From assembly GCA_025201805.1 (NCBI GenBank), contig MU619384.1, positions 13,458 to 77,457 on the forward strand: 64,000 bases of DNA. The letters are read 5' to 3'. Under the pieces are notes generated by a model. That model saw only the letters and a program-made list of their open reading frames with translations. It was not told the origin of the DNA and searched no databases. The DNA is from Parasitella parasitica NRRL 2501 (Eukaryota > Fungi > Mucoromycota). This document shows positions 12,734-25,452 of this stretch, one piece after another. Both the position numbers and the translations under genes were made by a program. Each line of letters starts with the position of its first letter. The stretch's first letter is position 1.

Positions 12734-14540
12734 TTATCTTGCTTCTCCAACCACTAAAGAGGGTATTGTCAAGCTGTTGCCGTTGTTGCTATTTGCTGAT
12801 CTGGTGCCATTATCAAATGGCTGTAATGCTGTTGAAGCTAACCTCTTCTTGGCTTGCTCATTTCCTTGAGCAGCAGCCTTTTTGTACCAGTCCATTGCTT
12901 CATTCGTGTCCTTGGGTCTGCCAATACCGGTTTCTGTAAAATACCCCAATGCAAATTCTGCTTTGGGTAACCCTTTCATTGCGGCCATTCTTGCCCAATA
13001 AAGTGCCTTTTCCTCGGAGGGTTTGATGTTGGGTTTATCTCCTGCTAAATACAAGGCAGAAAGAGCGAAACATGCTTCAGTATTCCCTTGTCGAGCAGCA
13101 ATTGTGTAATAAAAAACAGAAGAAGCGTAGTCTTTGTCGCAGCCAAGATGACCGTATTCATAACATTCGCCTAATCTATAGGCTGATGGTGCATAGCCTA
13201 GCTCGGCTGCTTGTGCATATAACTTTACAGAGTAAGCGGTATCTTTGAATATGATGTTATCTAGCCCCTTTTCGTGCAATAAGCCCAGTTCATGGAGTGC
13301 GTGTGGGTATTCGGGTGTTGCTGCGTCTGCAGATCGCTTCAGCCATTTGTTGCCATCCTTTACATCGCGCTGTAGGCCTAGAGCGCCATTTATGTCTGCT
13401 AAACCCAACCGATACATGGCACCTGGATGACTTAAAGTAGCAGCAAGTCTAGTTTATCAGGATCCGTGTGAGTATGTTATGAGACGAATAATAACGAGGA
13501 GAACCTACTTGTAGTATTGCACAGCTTTTGCTCTGTTTTTAAGGCAGCCTAAACCATCTTCGTAGCACTTGGCAGCACTGTATGATGTATATAACAAGGG
13601 GAGTTACTGGTTAATGTCTCTTGGCAACTACCGCATTCTGGCATTCAAAAACACTGACCCAGTTACGGAATGGAAAATGAGAAACTTACCGATAAGCAGC
13701 ATCTGCATGTTGGTGTTTGGCAGCTTGCACAAACAAAGGAAACGCATTTCCAAAATCAGGCTTGCCAGATTTATGCGTGGCACCAGAAGCGTATATGTTT
13801 GCAAGGTAGTACTGAGACTCGGCATGTCCGCGCAGAGAGAGCGTCTTGAGGATTTTGGTGGACTCTTGTATGTAGGCTTGTCTCTCTTTGGGGTTCTGGT
13901 TGGTTTTGGCGGATTCGTACAAGTAGATGGCCAGATCACATTGGATGGTCGGATCGTTGGTTTTTTTCGCATTCTCTCGGTACAGGTTGATTGTTTTGTC
14001 ATAGGATAGCAGTTCGGCTCTGTTTCCAGGCTTCAAATGGTTGTGGTTCAGAAAGTATTCGCTGTTTAGGGAAGGTAGACTGAAGTTGGATGGATATCGG
14101 GCATGTTTTCCCATGACCAGAGGCGGCGTCGGGGGTAGAGATAGGCTGTTGGTGCTGGAGTTTGAGGTGGATGAGCCTGCAGGAGTATTATCGCTACTGG
14201 TGGCCTGATTTTCATCAATGCTCGTACATGAGCTTCTGCTGCGAGGCTTGTTCTTGCTGGACGAGAAGGATGTGGAAGATGCTGAATTTACGCTGCCAGT
14301 GCTAGCTCTGTACAAGTTGACAGGCAGCTTCTCCTTGCGGCGGGCGCTGGCAACAGTAGGAAGAGACATGTGTGCAGGTGATGGTGGAGGCGGGCTGTCT
14401 GTGCATGTAGACAACACGGGTTGAGATTGGCTATATTTGGAAATGACGGGTGATGCAGGTGGACTATGGCTGCTGCTTGCTTTGGCCGATCGAATTGATG
14501 GCGTTGCACTCTTTAGTTTTTTCTTGAAATCTCTCAACAT
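12734..14540 (-). CDS. Sel1-repeat chitin synthase regulatory factor (Chs4/Skt5-like), 3 exons
   Basis: Ser-rich N-terminus, then 'INLYRENAKKTNDPTIQ' and multiple Sel1 repeats (GHAESQYYLA, HPGAMYRLG, HALHELGLLHEKG, GYAPSAYRLGECYEYG, GLPKAEFALGYFTETGIG). Confidence 0.85.
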
Positions 14541-17500
14541 TTTTATCTGCAGAAGAAAAAAGAAACAAGAGAGGCTCGCTTATATAGCATCTTTTATTTA
14601 TATACATGCCATTTAGGCGGTTATTCAAACGTTGTTATATAAATAACAACATTTCGCATTTTATCCTTTTGCTTCTCTCTATGATATATATGAAGCAAAG
14701 GGAGAAACTAACTTCAAGTTTATTGCTGAATGGGTCATTATACATTATGGGTATTGTAATACTAATTTTTGTCGAGATAAAAGCTTTCAAAAGCCATGTC
14801 TGAGAGGCGGTTTTTCTTTTGTTGGGCTAAAACTACATGATGACAGAATTCTGTTTAGCAATGTACTTTACTAGCGAAATTGTTTCTCATGTGTGTACAT
14901 CATACCGCGCTCTGTATTAACCCCTCTTCCTCGTCTGTTTGATTCTTCTGTGATATCCTTGCCTGGTTAGATGAAACCCAGTTCTGATAAATGTCTTTTT
15001 AGTTTCAAGGGATGGTGGTGGCGCATGGCTTTTGCGGTGCTTACTTTCACAGCCGATGAATTTCGAAGGAACAGGAGACAAACAACTGACACTACCAGCA
15101 ATACGGTCATGTAAGGCCTTGATTCGCAGTTGTATGATTCTGTGGATATGGTGCTGGCATCGCAAATTGTCCAACCTATTAAAGCTCGGCAAGTGGATTA
15201 GCCGCAATTTGCAATTTATCACATTTATTATATATATTCTACCCTGTGCTGTTGCGTTATGGGACGATGCTTTTAGGCGATCATCGAGTGTGGAGTAATT
15301 TGAGTGCGATGAAACAAGATTGCCATGTTCAGAAGCGTTGAAATCCATTACCTTTTGGCTTTGAACTCGGGAAAAATTTGCAAGTTGCAAAAAAGCGAAA
15401 GAAAGATGCACTCGTTCTCCATAATAATCCATTACCGTGGATACTCAAATGTAGTACAGTAATCAATGTAAATGTCCAATCGTTTCAACTGACCTGGATT
15501 TCAAATATGTTTGGTTGTCGTGTATGCCTGAAAACAGATCATGAATGTTCAACTCTGATCTGCATATTGTATTGTATGCCAGAGAAAAAAAACAATATCA
15601 AGGGGTTCGTCTTAATAAGTAGCACGCTGATTTTTATTGTAACTTGTGAGCTGCTGATATACTCTGTATCCGAGTAATTGGTAATTATCGTTCAGTATAT
15701 TTTATTTTTAGCAAAGTTCATGTTAAAGTAACACACACCACATATATAAATATAGCATTGTATCCAAGTTCTGACTGCCGTGCACCTGGATTGTGAACAT
15801 TTTTGTAATTCTGCCATACTGTTGTACCAAGACGCATTGGAAGCAAGAAAAATCCAGCACAGTATAGATACTTTAACAAAGAGAAAACAAAAACAACAAA
15901 ACGGAAGCTCTCCTTTTTGTTTGTGTACATGTACGTGTAACATTTTATAAGCATATTTCTTTTTAGGAACAAACATTTGAGTACATTTATGCACGCAATT
16001 GTTGCATGCACAATGTGTTTTATTAACTCGCAACTGTAGGGCTAAAGGCAGGGGGCTATGTATTCAGAAAACATTGGTAATTACTTTTACTGTAAGCCAG
16101 GTGATTACATATAATGCCCTATGCTAATGTATGTTATTTTTATTTTTTCGCCCATTATCAAAGCCTTTAATCACCTCGAGCCGGTTAAAAGCTGAAACTT
16201 GGCCCCAATTTGTTAAATTTGGTCATATTAAAGGTAGTATTTGAAGAAAATTTCGCCACATGTACTAAACTCATATCGCTTTCTAGCAGGAGAGCAGTTG
16301 GAAGCAGTGCCTTGACAATATGTGCTAGATATTGAAGAGTTTGGCTTGAATATGGTTGTTGGAGCAACTCTAAAATATCTGTAGGTTGTGTTAGACTATA
16401 CACCAACCTTGATGGTAAGCTATCAACTGATGCTCCGGCTGCCTTGATTGGCCAAGAATATCAGGGAGATAAAAAGAACGACGAGGATAAAAAATATCTT
16501 AAGTACGGTCAGTTGGGGTTGAGTGGTTTCCTTTGATATCAATTTCATGAAACAATAAGAGCAGATCAACACAGACGACTGCACTCAAGAAACAATGCAA
16601 AAAATGCATTGATAAAGCGGTTGATGAGGATATCATGTCCTTAAAAATTGCTTTATACGGCTCTGATAAAGATAACGAGCTTTTATGTGCATCTTAATTC
16701 CAACCAAAGACTAACGATAAAAAACCGCCAGTTTGTTAACGTTTCGAAATCAGAACTTAACAGTAGCAACATGAAGTATTAAGCCGTATGTACATCTAGG
16801 CTAGTATATGGTATAACTCTGCAAAATTGTGCTATTTGACAGTGCAATATTTATTAGAGATACCACATCTCTGCATGTGAGCGTTATTTTTTTTTAGGAC
16901 ACATGTTCAACGTGAACTAACTTTCCATTGTTAGGTCTTTTTTTAGATGCAAATATGGACAAAACGCATGTATACAATGCATTGGAATACACCCGTGGAT
17001 TCGAATAAGTCACGGTCATTTTGAGGATTTTTTTCAAACAATTTGACATGAAAGTAGACATTTTTAAAGCTTGAATACGGGTAATACCCGATATCAATGG
17101 TTTTTTTTTTTTCTCTTTTTGTATATTATTAAAACAAATATGTTAATCTTCATAATTTCCAATTTTGAAGCAAATTCAAGAATTTTTACCCAACATGTTT
17201 ACTTGATTAAAGAAATACTTTGAAATAAATATGGACGTTGAAAAAATAAAAATGACCACGGTATACCATTGTTTGTACAACATGGCAATGTTGTTATATA
17301 AAACAACAAGCTCTAGTCATTTTAGTCATTACAACTCTTTTTTCAACATTAATCGCAATGGACATGTATATGCGCAATAGCAAAAAGTCACCATGGCAAA
17401 TATTGATTATATCATGAAACCTTGTACATTTGTATATATATAGGTATTACATGTAGTGCTAACATGTATTTATTTTTGTTATATAGTACTATAATGTTGG

Positions 17501-17573
17501 CACAATATAATATTGTAATAATAGTAAATAATGATGATGATAATAATAAATTTTTAAGGAGTAATATGTACAT

Positions 17574-19786
17574 TCAAACAGTTTCAATAGGTCTGGATTC
17601 ACGTTGGTTCAAATGTGGTGATTTGGAATCGTTTCCTGTAGGAGAGGACGATGATGATTCATGTTTAATAATCGTGTTACTTTCATATGTTTGTTGTTGC
17701 TGTGGTGGTGATGACGGCGCAGTGCTTCCTCTGTATGAATGTTGCGTAGGCCGTAAATTGGTATTGTGGATTAGTCTACTGCTGGTCAACCCATAATTTA
17801 CGCCACCTAATAGCGAGCCAGGCAAGGTAGAATCTGCTCTACGTCTATTGCGTCCAGGTTTATTGAATCGTGCAGGCTCAAATGTTTGCCAAACATACTG
17901 AGAACATTTGGATGCATTAGGCAAGTCCTGTATCATTTTAGCAATTGTGTTCTTTCTCAAGCCAAAGAAGTCAGGACCCACTGGATTATGTCCATATTCT
18001 TGATTGCGGATAGCAAATGCGCGTCTGTTGTACGTTAATAAATATCACTTTACACAAAGCTATACAATATTACCGAACAATGATGGTCCATACTGTTGTG
18101 GGCGTAGGTCCAGAATATGTCATTGGACAATCATCAGCTGTTACTTCAAATTTAGGTTCTCTTCCATTCTCCAAGATGCGACATGTGTATTGTGTGTCAC
18201 TCTTGGGATCAATCATACTTCTGTACCATCTTTTTGTTTATCGTTAATTATACATGTGCAAATATGAGCGATATCAGTATTCTTACTTGCGCACGGTATA
18301 GTTAGCTGGATAAATGTATCTTTGGTTATGATAGGCTGGTCTGTCGTAGATCACTGTGCCTAGATCAACAACCGTCCAAGAGTCGATTTCCACTGGCAAG
18401 ATATAGGTGCCTTGATTATCTCTATCTACTTCGTAATATGTGCGAGGCACGGTATTGACCTGTTGTTGCTGTTGTTGCTGTTGCGGCTGTTGCGGCTGTT
18501 GAAGAGAATGAGAGGTTTGGTGATGATGGTGTTGCTGTGTTTGTGAATACATGCTACCGTTAGTATTTGCACCAAGTTCAGCGGGCATGATAGCAGGATT
18601 CTTGAGCATGGCAGTAGGAGCAGCCGCAGGATTCTTTTTTCTTTTCTTGTTGCTTGGTGTGTAAATCACTGGAATCATATTGTTGTTATTTCCGTTGCTA
18701 AGGTTACTGTATTTTGAATCGTCGTGAATACCATGCTGCTGCAGACGATGGCGGTGGTGGTGCTTATAATCATTATTATTACTACTAGTATTTATATTTT
18801 CATTATTTTGTGATGCGTTTACATGAGCTGAGGAGGACGTGGGAGGAGGAGATGCCGAAGACGACCTTGACGATGTAGAATTTGACGGTAGATAGCGATG
18901 CTCTTTGTCTGATATAGAAGCAATCGTAAATGCCGATCTCCTACTGTTTGCTGAATCTGGTTTTTTACTATATGGTAACGTTGAAGACAAAATGGGCAAT
19001 GTTAATTCATCCGTTTGCTTGTAATATGACCTTGCAGTGGTATCTGGCAACGGAGATCGTTTAACCGTGGAGGTAGATGGCGGTGAAGATGAATTGTTTG
19101 CAGAAGAAGAAGAAGGAAATATTGGTTCAGGTCTAAATACAGGTACAGATGATAATGATGGTAATCGAGAGGGTAGTGGGGGACTCATATCAGATGTTTG
19201 TACTCTATGCTGCAAATACCGATCAAACTCTGTTTCATTTGCTTTGTATTGGTGGTGTTGTTGTTGGTTATGCTGCCGCTGCTGCTGCTGCTGCTGTTGA
19301 GAAGAAGGAGGTGATGCAGTGATTGTGCGTTGTGTATCATCGTTATTATTGCTATAACAGTTACAAACGGGGTGAATTGGTGTCAGCGTAGAAGATTTAA
19401 ACTGCTCGAATGATTGGTTTCTAAGAGCAGAGAAGAAATCGTCCTTGACCCATTTCATCGTCTATTACTTTGTCAGTATATAAAGGCAAAAGATCAGTTT
19501 AATCATAATATTACGCACCGGTTGCAGCTCAATATAAACATCGATGCTTAGATCAGACTCGCCTGGTTTACCCCGAATCATCAAGCCATCGTCTTTTGAC
19601 TTGTCTATGATCCAAGACAGCAAGCCATGCCCCTCCCATATAAGCGAATCATGTTTTTCGCTTGGGCCATGTCCTGATTCATGGAAATTAGCAGTGTAGA
19701 TAGAGAGATCGTGATCTCTGCAAATTACATCCGGACTATAACAGAAGTTTATATGAGCATCACGTGTATCAGTTGAAACTAAAAGT

Positions 19787-19818
<32 letters not shown>

Positions 19819-20053
19819 AAAGTACCTTGAAGAGCATATAGACCATAAGCAAGTTTTCAATGGAATTGGCATTGATGCCATATCAGTTGTGTCATTCAAA
19901 GGCAGCGTAAATGTAGTTAATCGAGTTGATTTGGAACCACGTAAATTATAGAAAACTTTGACTACAGAAAAAAGTTATTGACAAGAAATGTATGGCTACT
20001 GATTTCTGCAAACCTTTGACTAATTTATTATCGTTTTTTGCAGTAGTTGACAT
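17574..20053 (-). CDS. FYRN/FYRC (TBRG1-like) domain protein with an N-terminal Ams2/Spt21-like domain, multi-exon
   Basis: C-terminal FYR reads LPVEIDSWTVVDLGTVIYDRPAYHNQRYIYPANYTVRK...YTCRILENGREPKFEV...TPTTVWTII...GPDFFGLRKNTIAKMIQDLPNASKC. Low-complexity Q/S/N linker. Globular N-terminus starts at ATG 20053. Confidence 0.8.
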
Positions 20054-21831
20054 GATATTTATACATGTATACTTTTTGTCTTCTATAAGCTTTTTTTTTT
20101 CTCTTTATTTATTAATTAACGCTGTATGTTTATATGCTGCCAATATATATAGATGTAGATATTAAGAGAAATAACGAGAGAAGAAAAGAAAAAGAAAGAG
20201 CAATAACTTTTAAGAAAGGTACAATGTAGATATATTTATAAAGCTGTGTGCGTGTGTGTGTGTGTTTCAATACTAAACTCCCTATTTGTTTACTGGATAT
20301 AGTTACCTCTCTTTTTTTTTACATAAAAATGATTGATAACTAACTTGAGCTGTATGAAAAAAAAAAAAAAATTCCCATCCCTTCGCCTGCCATGATGGCA
20401 ATTGCATAATGGTTGACTATTCCAATGCTACCCGCTTTTTTCATTCTTTCTTTACTTGCTGTCGTTTCAATTCAGTCAACTCACTCTATCGTATTTTATG
20501 CGTTTTGTTTCGAACAGACAAATGCTGTCAAACTATTACTGTTGTTTTTCTATATTTAATTCCAATCCTTCTTTTTCGATCTTTGCTGTTTTTGTGAAAA
20601 CTGTAGCAAAAACCATCAAGCCAGGTTGCACAAGTATAATAATAATCAAGTTGATATGTATTCTAGCTTGAATCTTCTTTTCAATTCTGACAACAGTGTT
20701 GTGTAAAAGCAAATTTTTGCAAAAAATGGATATGCAAATGGTAGTAAGATGCTCAAATAGTGAACATGATATGGTTGTACCCCCCTTCTCCTTCTCTCTC
20801 CCCCCCCCCACCTTTCATCCCAGAATGACAGGCTTTTACACTCAGAAAGAATAAACCTTATACGATAATAGATCAAGAAATATATACGGTATACATGCCC
20901 TGTAAAGAAACACTTACTGTCTTGTATTCAAGGAGTACAAAATGCTCAGTACCCCTTCTTATACGACATATACATACAAACATGTATACATAAACTAAGC
21001 CTCATTAATGGCAAATAATACACATTAATAAAGCAACATTTATGAGTTTTTCTCAAAAAGGAATCAAAGTATGTAATGAAAAGAAGGGGCAGTTTCCGCG
21101 CAAATTGAGCACCAAACTTATTCAATTGGTAATGACAAACTTTAATTTACATTTTCAGACGAATCGTGATTTACGGTATTATCTTGAGTTGAGATGCTTA
21201 TTAGATACCGGAGGCGTGTGAAGTTTTTATTTGCGCGGAATGTCGTCTCGCCCTCCCTCTTTCTCCGTCATCCAGACACGCAAAACCATGTGCTTACTAC
21301 AGGCTGTGTTTACGTGCATTGAGCTAATCGAATGTTTTACAAGAGGCCACTATATAAATTTTGAATATTCTATTACTAGTCGTTGTTGCAATGTCACCGT
21401 AGGATCTGACTGGATTTATTAAACCCCATTTTTTTTGAATTATTATCAAAATTTATCTCCACTGTAATTCCAAAATAACAAACATTAAATCAAATTAGAT
21501 TCGAGTATTTCGTATAATAATAATAATGTCGCAGCTTTATGTAACACCAAGTTACCAATAAATAATTGACTGGACTGTAAATGCTGCATCTATTATTCGA
21601 TATCATATTGATGGATTAGTCTTATTTGTCCAGTTTACTGGTTTTCAGTTACTATAAATCATTTGTGTACCCTAAAAAAATTACAAGTAATATGTATAAG
21701 AAAGAAGTACACTCAGTTAGCTGGTAAAAACAAAACGTGATGTAATTATAAGCAATTATCACAACTGCTGCCTCTCATTTACACTTGAATCTAGCCGGTC
21801 AATACAATATAACACGTTTGGGATTAAATAT

Positions 21832-21835
<4 letters not shown>

Positions 21836-21902
<67 letters not shown>
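21836..21902. repeat. Poly-A tract (~67 nt), intergenic
   Basis: Homopolymer directly visible. Confidence 0.9.
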
Positions 21903-21904
<2 letters not shown>

Positions 21905-22856
21905 GAACGTTGAGGTAAATCCGCCAAAGCTTTGGTTAGTATTTGTTTATCACCGATCTTGACTGTGCATGTGTATACATATACGCATGTTATGTTTATG
22001 CATGAACGCATTAAAGTTAAATCTTAATCTCTTTGAACAAATCAATAAATATATTGTTATTCTTACATTTACATACACCAAAGACATAAAAGACATAAAA
22101 ACACGATGGTAAGGAGCCAGGCCAATGAAACAAAATGTATAAACCGGAAAATAGATAGCCCTATTGCCGGATGATGTCCTGCCACCTAAATTTTACAGTG
22201 TACATTGACTTGCATTAAACGAGGGAGATTTATCTTTTCTCCTCTTCGTACATGTTGAATCACGTATATATTATATATATATAGCCAGAGCAGGTTGTTG
22301 TACATGTTTCTGTTTTTCTGAAAATAGAAAAATTGGTAACAAAGTGTATTATGCCTTTGAACCCGCAACTGTTGTCAATTAAGACTTGATGGACTTTATA
22401 ACCCATTTTGTAACATTTCCATAATTATAATAGTATCGTCTTTGATGGAAATGCAAGTTAGATTATCAGATTGTGTATTCTTCTGCTTCACTCTTATATA
22501 TTTACACAATATTGTCTTGATATGACCACTGTTGGTAGAGTTTTTATTGGTAATGGTTTGTTCATCCCAGGAGCATATATTATTGCTGAAAGATGGCCTA
22601 GCAATTAGCATATTGAATACTAAAGTACTACTAATAAATAAAGTATATCATGTCGTTTATCTTTTCAGGAAAATTTGGTTTGTTAATTAATAAATAAAAC
22701 ATTGAAGGCACACATATATGACAATAAATTGATAAAATCATAATATTGAATGATTAGTGCATATTAAATTTAATAGTTTGTTTAAAATATATAATATATA
22801 ACATGGTAAGGATTGTACGGTTTTGGATATACAGAGTTATTAAGATAATAAGTCGC

Positions 22857-24323
22857 TCACGGCTTTCGCATGGTGTAGTATATGTTGTTTGATGCGTATT
22901 CTTGATTATTTGTCATAGGAGAGTGATTGCAAGCGCTGTACATTTGTTTATGAGTCAATACCGGTGTCTTACAAGGTTGAAGCGAGCTTGATTCTTCGTA
23001 GTCTTCTTCTACTCCACTATCTTCACTGTTATACTGGAAGGTAATACCATTGGATGTGGAAGATTCTGATGGTTTTATCGCTAAAAGCCCATCTTCTTGA
23101 TGAGAGCCTTCTTTGTTATCTTTTCCTCGGCACAATTTCAGCGACTTGGGCAGCTCTTCTTCTGAGCAGCCAGCTGCATCATAATACATAGTAAGCATGC
23201 ATTTCATTGCCTCGCACCAAGTGTATCTCTTTGCTTTTTTAATTGCCTCAAGGCTCATACAATCAAGTAAATAACGTTGAGTGACCAAAGCCTTTAGCAA
23301 TTCACGATATTTGTTTTGCTGATCTTTTACTGATAGATTCGTTGCATTCAACAATAACCCTGTGCGCTTATCATCAACCAAATCTCTGACGCCTTCTGCA
23401 TCAAGTCCTACCACGGGCAAACCAGATGACATTGCTTCTAATACAACCTGGCCAAATGTTTCTGTCACTGATGGGAAGGCGAAAATATCAGCTGATGCAT
23501 ATGCTTGTGATAAGTCTTGGCCTTGCAGATAACCTGTAAATGTTACGGGGATGCGTTTCGTCGAACAATATCCTTGAATCTCATGGAAAGCTGGGCCATG
23601 GCCTACTACAACTAAATGGCAGCTACTGTGATCCATATCTTTATAGGCCTCGACGACTAAGCCGATGTTTTTTTCAAGAGACACTCGGCCAACATATATG
23701 ATAACCGTCTTGTTCTGCGATTCAAGTGCTGAAATACCCATCCATTGTGCTCGTAAATCCTCAGATCTTTGTGTAGGAGAAAAGAGAGAGGTATCCACTC
23801 CACGCGGCCACAATCTAACATTCTCAAATCCATGACTGCATATAATGGACATTGTCGAAGGAGAAGGACAGGCAACAAATCGACTAAACGAGTGACAGTA
23901 TCGGTTCCATCCCCACATGAATGATTTCAAGAATCCGTAACCAAAATGATCACAGTACACAGCAAGGTTAGTATGGTAAGAAGACACAATTGGGACATTG
24001 GGAAGATAATAGCGAACGACAGCGAGACCAAATGCTCCTAAAAATACAGGATCAACCAGGTGAATTACATCCGGCTGAAATTCCATTAGTTTCTGCGTAA
24101 ATTTTGGTCTCCAAAAGTTGAATTTAAGCTCTGGATACAGGAAAAACGGGATTCCGTATGTTCCAACTAGATCTGCACCCGCATAAGTCGCCATATTAGT
24201 TTCAGGCCCTAGCAGGATAACTTGATTGTCGGTTTTTGAGAGATGTTCTAAAAGTCGAGCTAATGTACGTGTTACACCATCGACTTTGGGCAAGAAGTTC
24301 TCGGTGATGATTGCAATACGCAT
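22857..24323 (-). CDS. GT4 family glycosyltransferase (MgtA/SQD2-like), intronless
   Basis: 488-aa ORF with MRIAIITENFLPKVDGVTRTL, PDVIHLVDP, SYHTN, WPRGVD, YVGRVSLEKN and the GT4 signature 'ETFGQVVLEAMSSGLPVV'. Confidence 0.92.
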   Translation of the reverse strand: MRIAIITENFLPKVDGVTRTLARLLEHLSKTDNQVILLGPETNMATYAGADLVGTYGIPFFLYPELKFNFWRPKFTQKLMEFQPDVIHLVDPVFLGAFGLAVVRYYLPNVPIVSSYHTNLAVYCDHFGYGFLKSFMWGWNRYCHSFSRFVACPSPSTMSIICSHGFENVRLWPRGVDTSLFSPTQRSEDLRAQWMGISALESQNKTVIIYVGRVSLEKNIGLVVEAYKDMDHSSCHLVVVGHGPAFHEIQGYCSTKRIPVTFTGYLQGQDLSQAYASADIFAFPSVTETFGQVVLEAMSSGLPVVGLDAEGVRDLVDDKRTGLLLNATNLSVKDQQNKYRELLKALVTQRYLLDCMSLEAIKKAKRYTWCEAMKCMLTMYYDAAGCSEEELPKSLKLCRGKDNKEGSHQEDGLLAIKPSESSTSNGITFQYNSEDSGVEEDYEESSSLQPCKTPVLTHKQMYSACNHSPMTNNQEYASNNIYYTMRKP

Positions 24324-24996
24324 AATAAAATGTCCAGGGGTTGTTTTGTGCGGATATCAAAGGTCTATTTTAAAAATAAAAAGCTATGGAAAACGAAAAA
24401 TAAAAAGAAAGTCTGTTTTAAAGGAGAATATTTATCAGGATTTTCTGTCGTTGCAATTACTTCAATCTCTGTAACACTTTTTTTTTTTTTTTTTTTNNNN
24501 NNNNNNTTTTTTTTGAATGACTCTTTTTTTTTTATAAAATGAAATGTAATCAATGTTGTTCACATGATTTTGTATGTAAACCAATTTTCTAGCCATCTAG
24601 CATGACGTGCGGACATTTTTCATCAATGATTTGATAAGAGCTGCTTGTCTGCATTAAGTATTCAAATTTGCATGTGCCATGTATCATTGGCTTATTTGAA
24701 TCATTCAAGAACAACAAGGTCAGTGCAGTCTGCTTTGTGTTTTAGTGCTAAATCTTGTCTAAACTAAGCAACCGACTGACCAATGTTCTAGCCATACCGT
24801 TCTTTTCATTGTGAAAACTTTAATTGGTCATACTCCTTGAACATCCACGTTTTTACAAAACTTCACAGGGCTGGCTGAAATGAATTATCAGCAGGTCCAT
24901 AAATGACAAGCAGGCAAGATTACAATTATTAATTTATATAACACCTAATACCGAAAAAAAGAAAATTATTTTTAATCTATGTTCTCAATTGATATA

Positions 24997-25452
24997 CAGT
25001 CGTTCCTAGTGTCAAAGGGCGGCTTGTTTTCTCTCAAACGACAAGTTTCTTTTCCCTAAAGTTAGACATATTTAAACAATCTTTGATCATTGAGCGTTGC
25101 TCCTCGTTTAAACACTTCTTCAGAAACGTTCACAGAATGCTGTTTAAACGCATGGAGATGATTTGGAGGGACAAATTACAAGCTTCGGTAATTCTTGTGG
25201 GCTAAGTCTTCCTTGTCCTCAAACTTACTACGCTTGAATTTGTTCTCAACTACAGTGGCTCCATTCCCAAAGTTCGCTTTCCAATAAACTACATTTGCTT
25301 TGGTTTCCGACTAGAATGCGTCTTTACAGCATTCAGTGAACGTTTCTGAGAAGTGTTCAAATGAGGAGCAATACTCAATAATCTAACTTCAGGGAAAAGA
25401 AACTTGCCCTTTGAGAGAGAGAAAAAAACCGCCCTTGACGTTGGAATGACAG
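24997..25452. mobile_element. Non-autonomous fold-back/MITE-like element with ~150-bp imperfect terminal inverted repeats
   Basis: Left arm (gtcaaagggcgg...caagtttcttttccctaaagttaga...ttgctcctcgtttaaacacttcttcagaaacgttcacagaatgctgt) is the reverse complement of the right arm (acagcattcagtgaacgtttctgagaagtgttcaaatgaggagcaa...tctaacttcagggaaaagaaacttg...ccgcccttgac). The left end starts TA|CAGT, as in Tc1/mariner. Confidence 0.8.
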
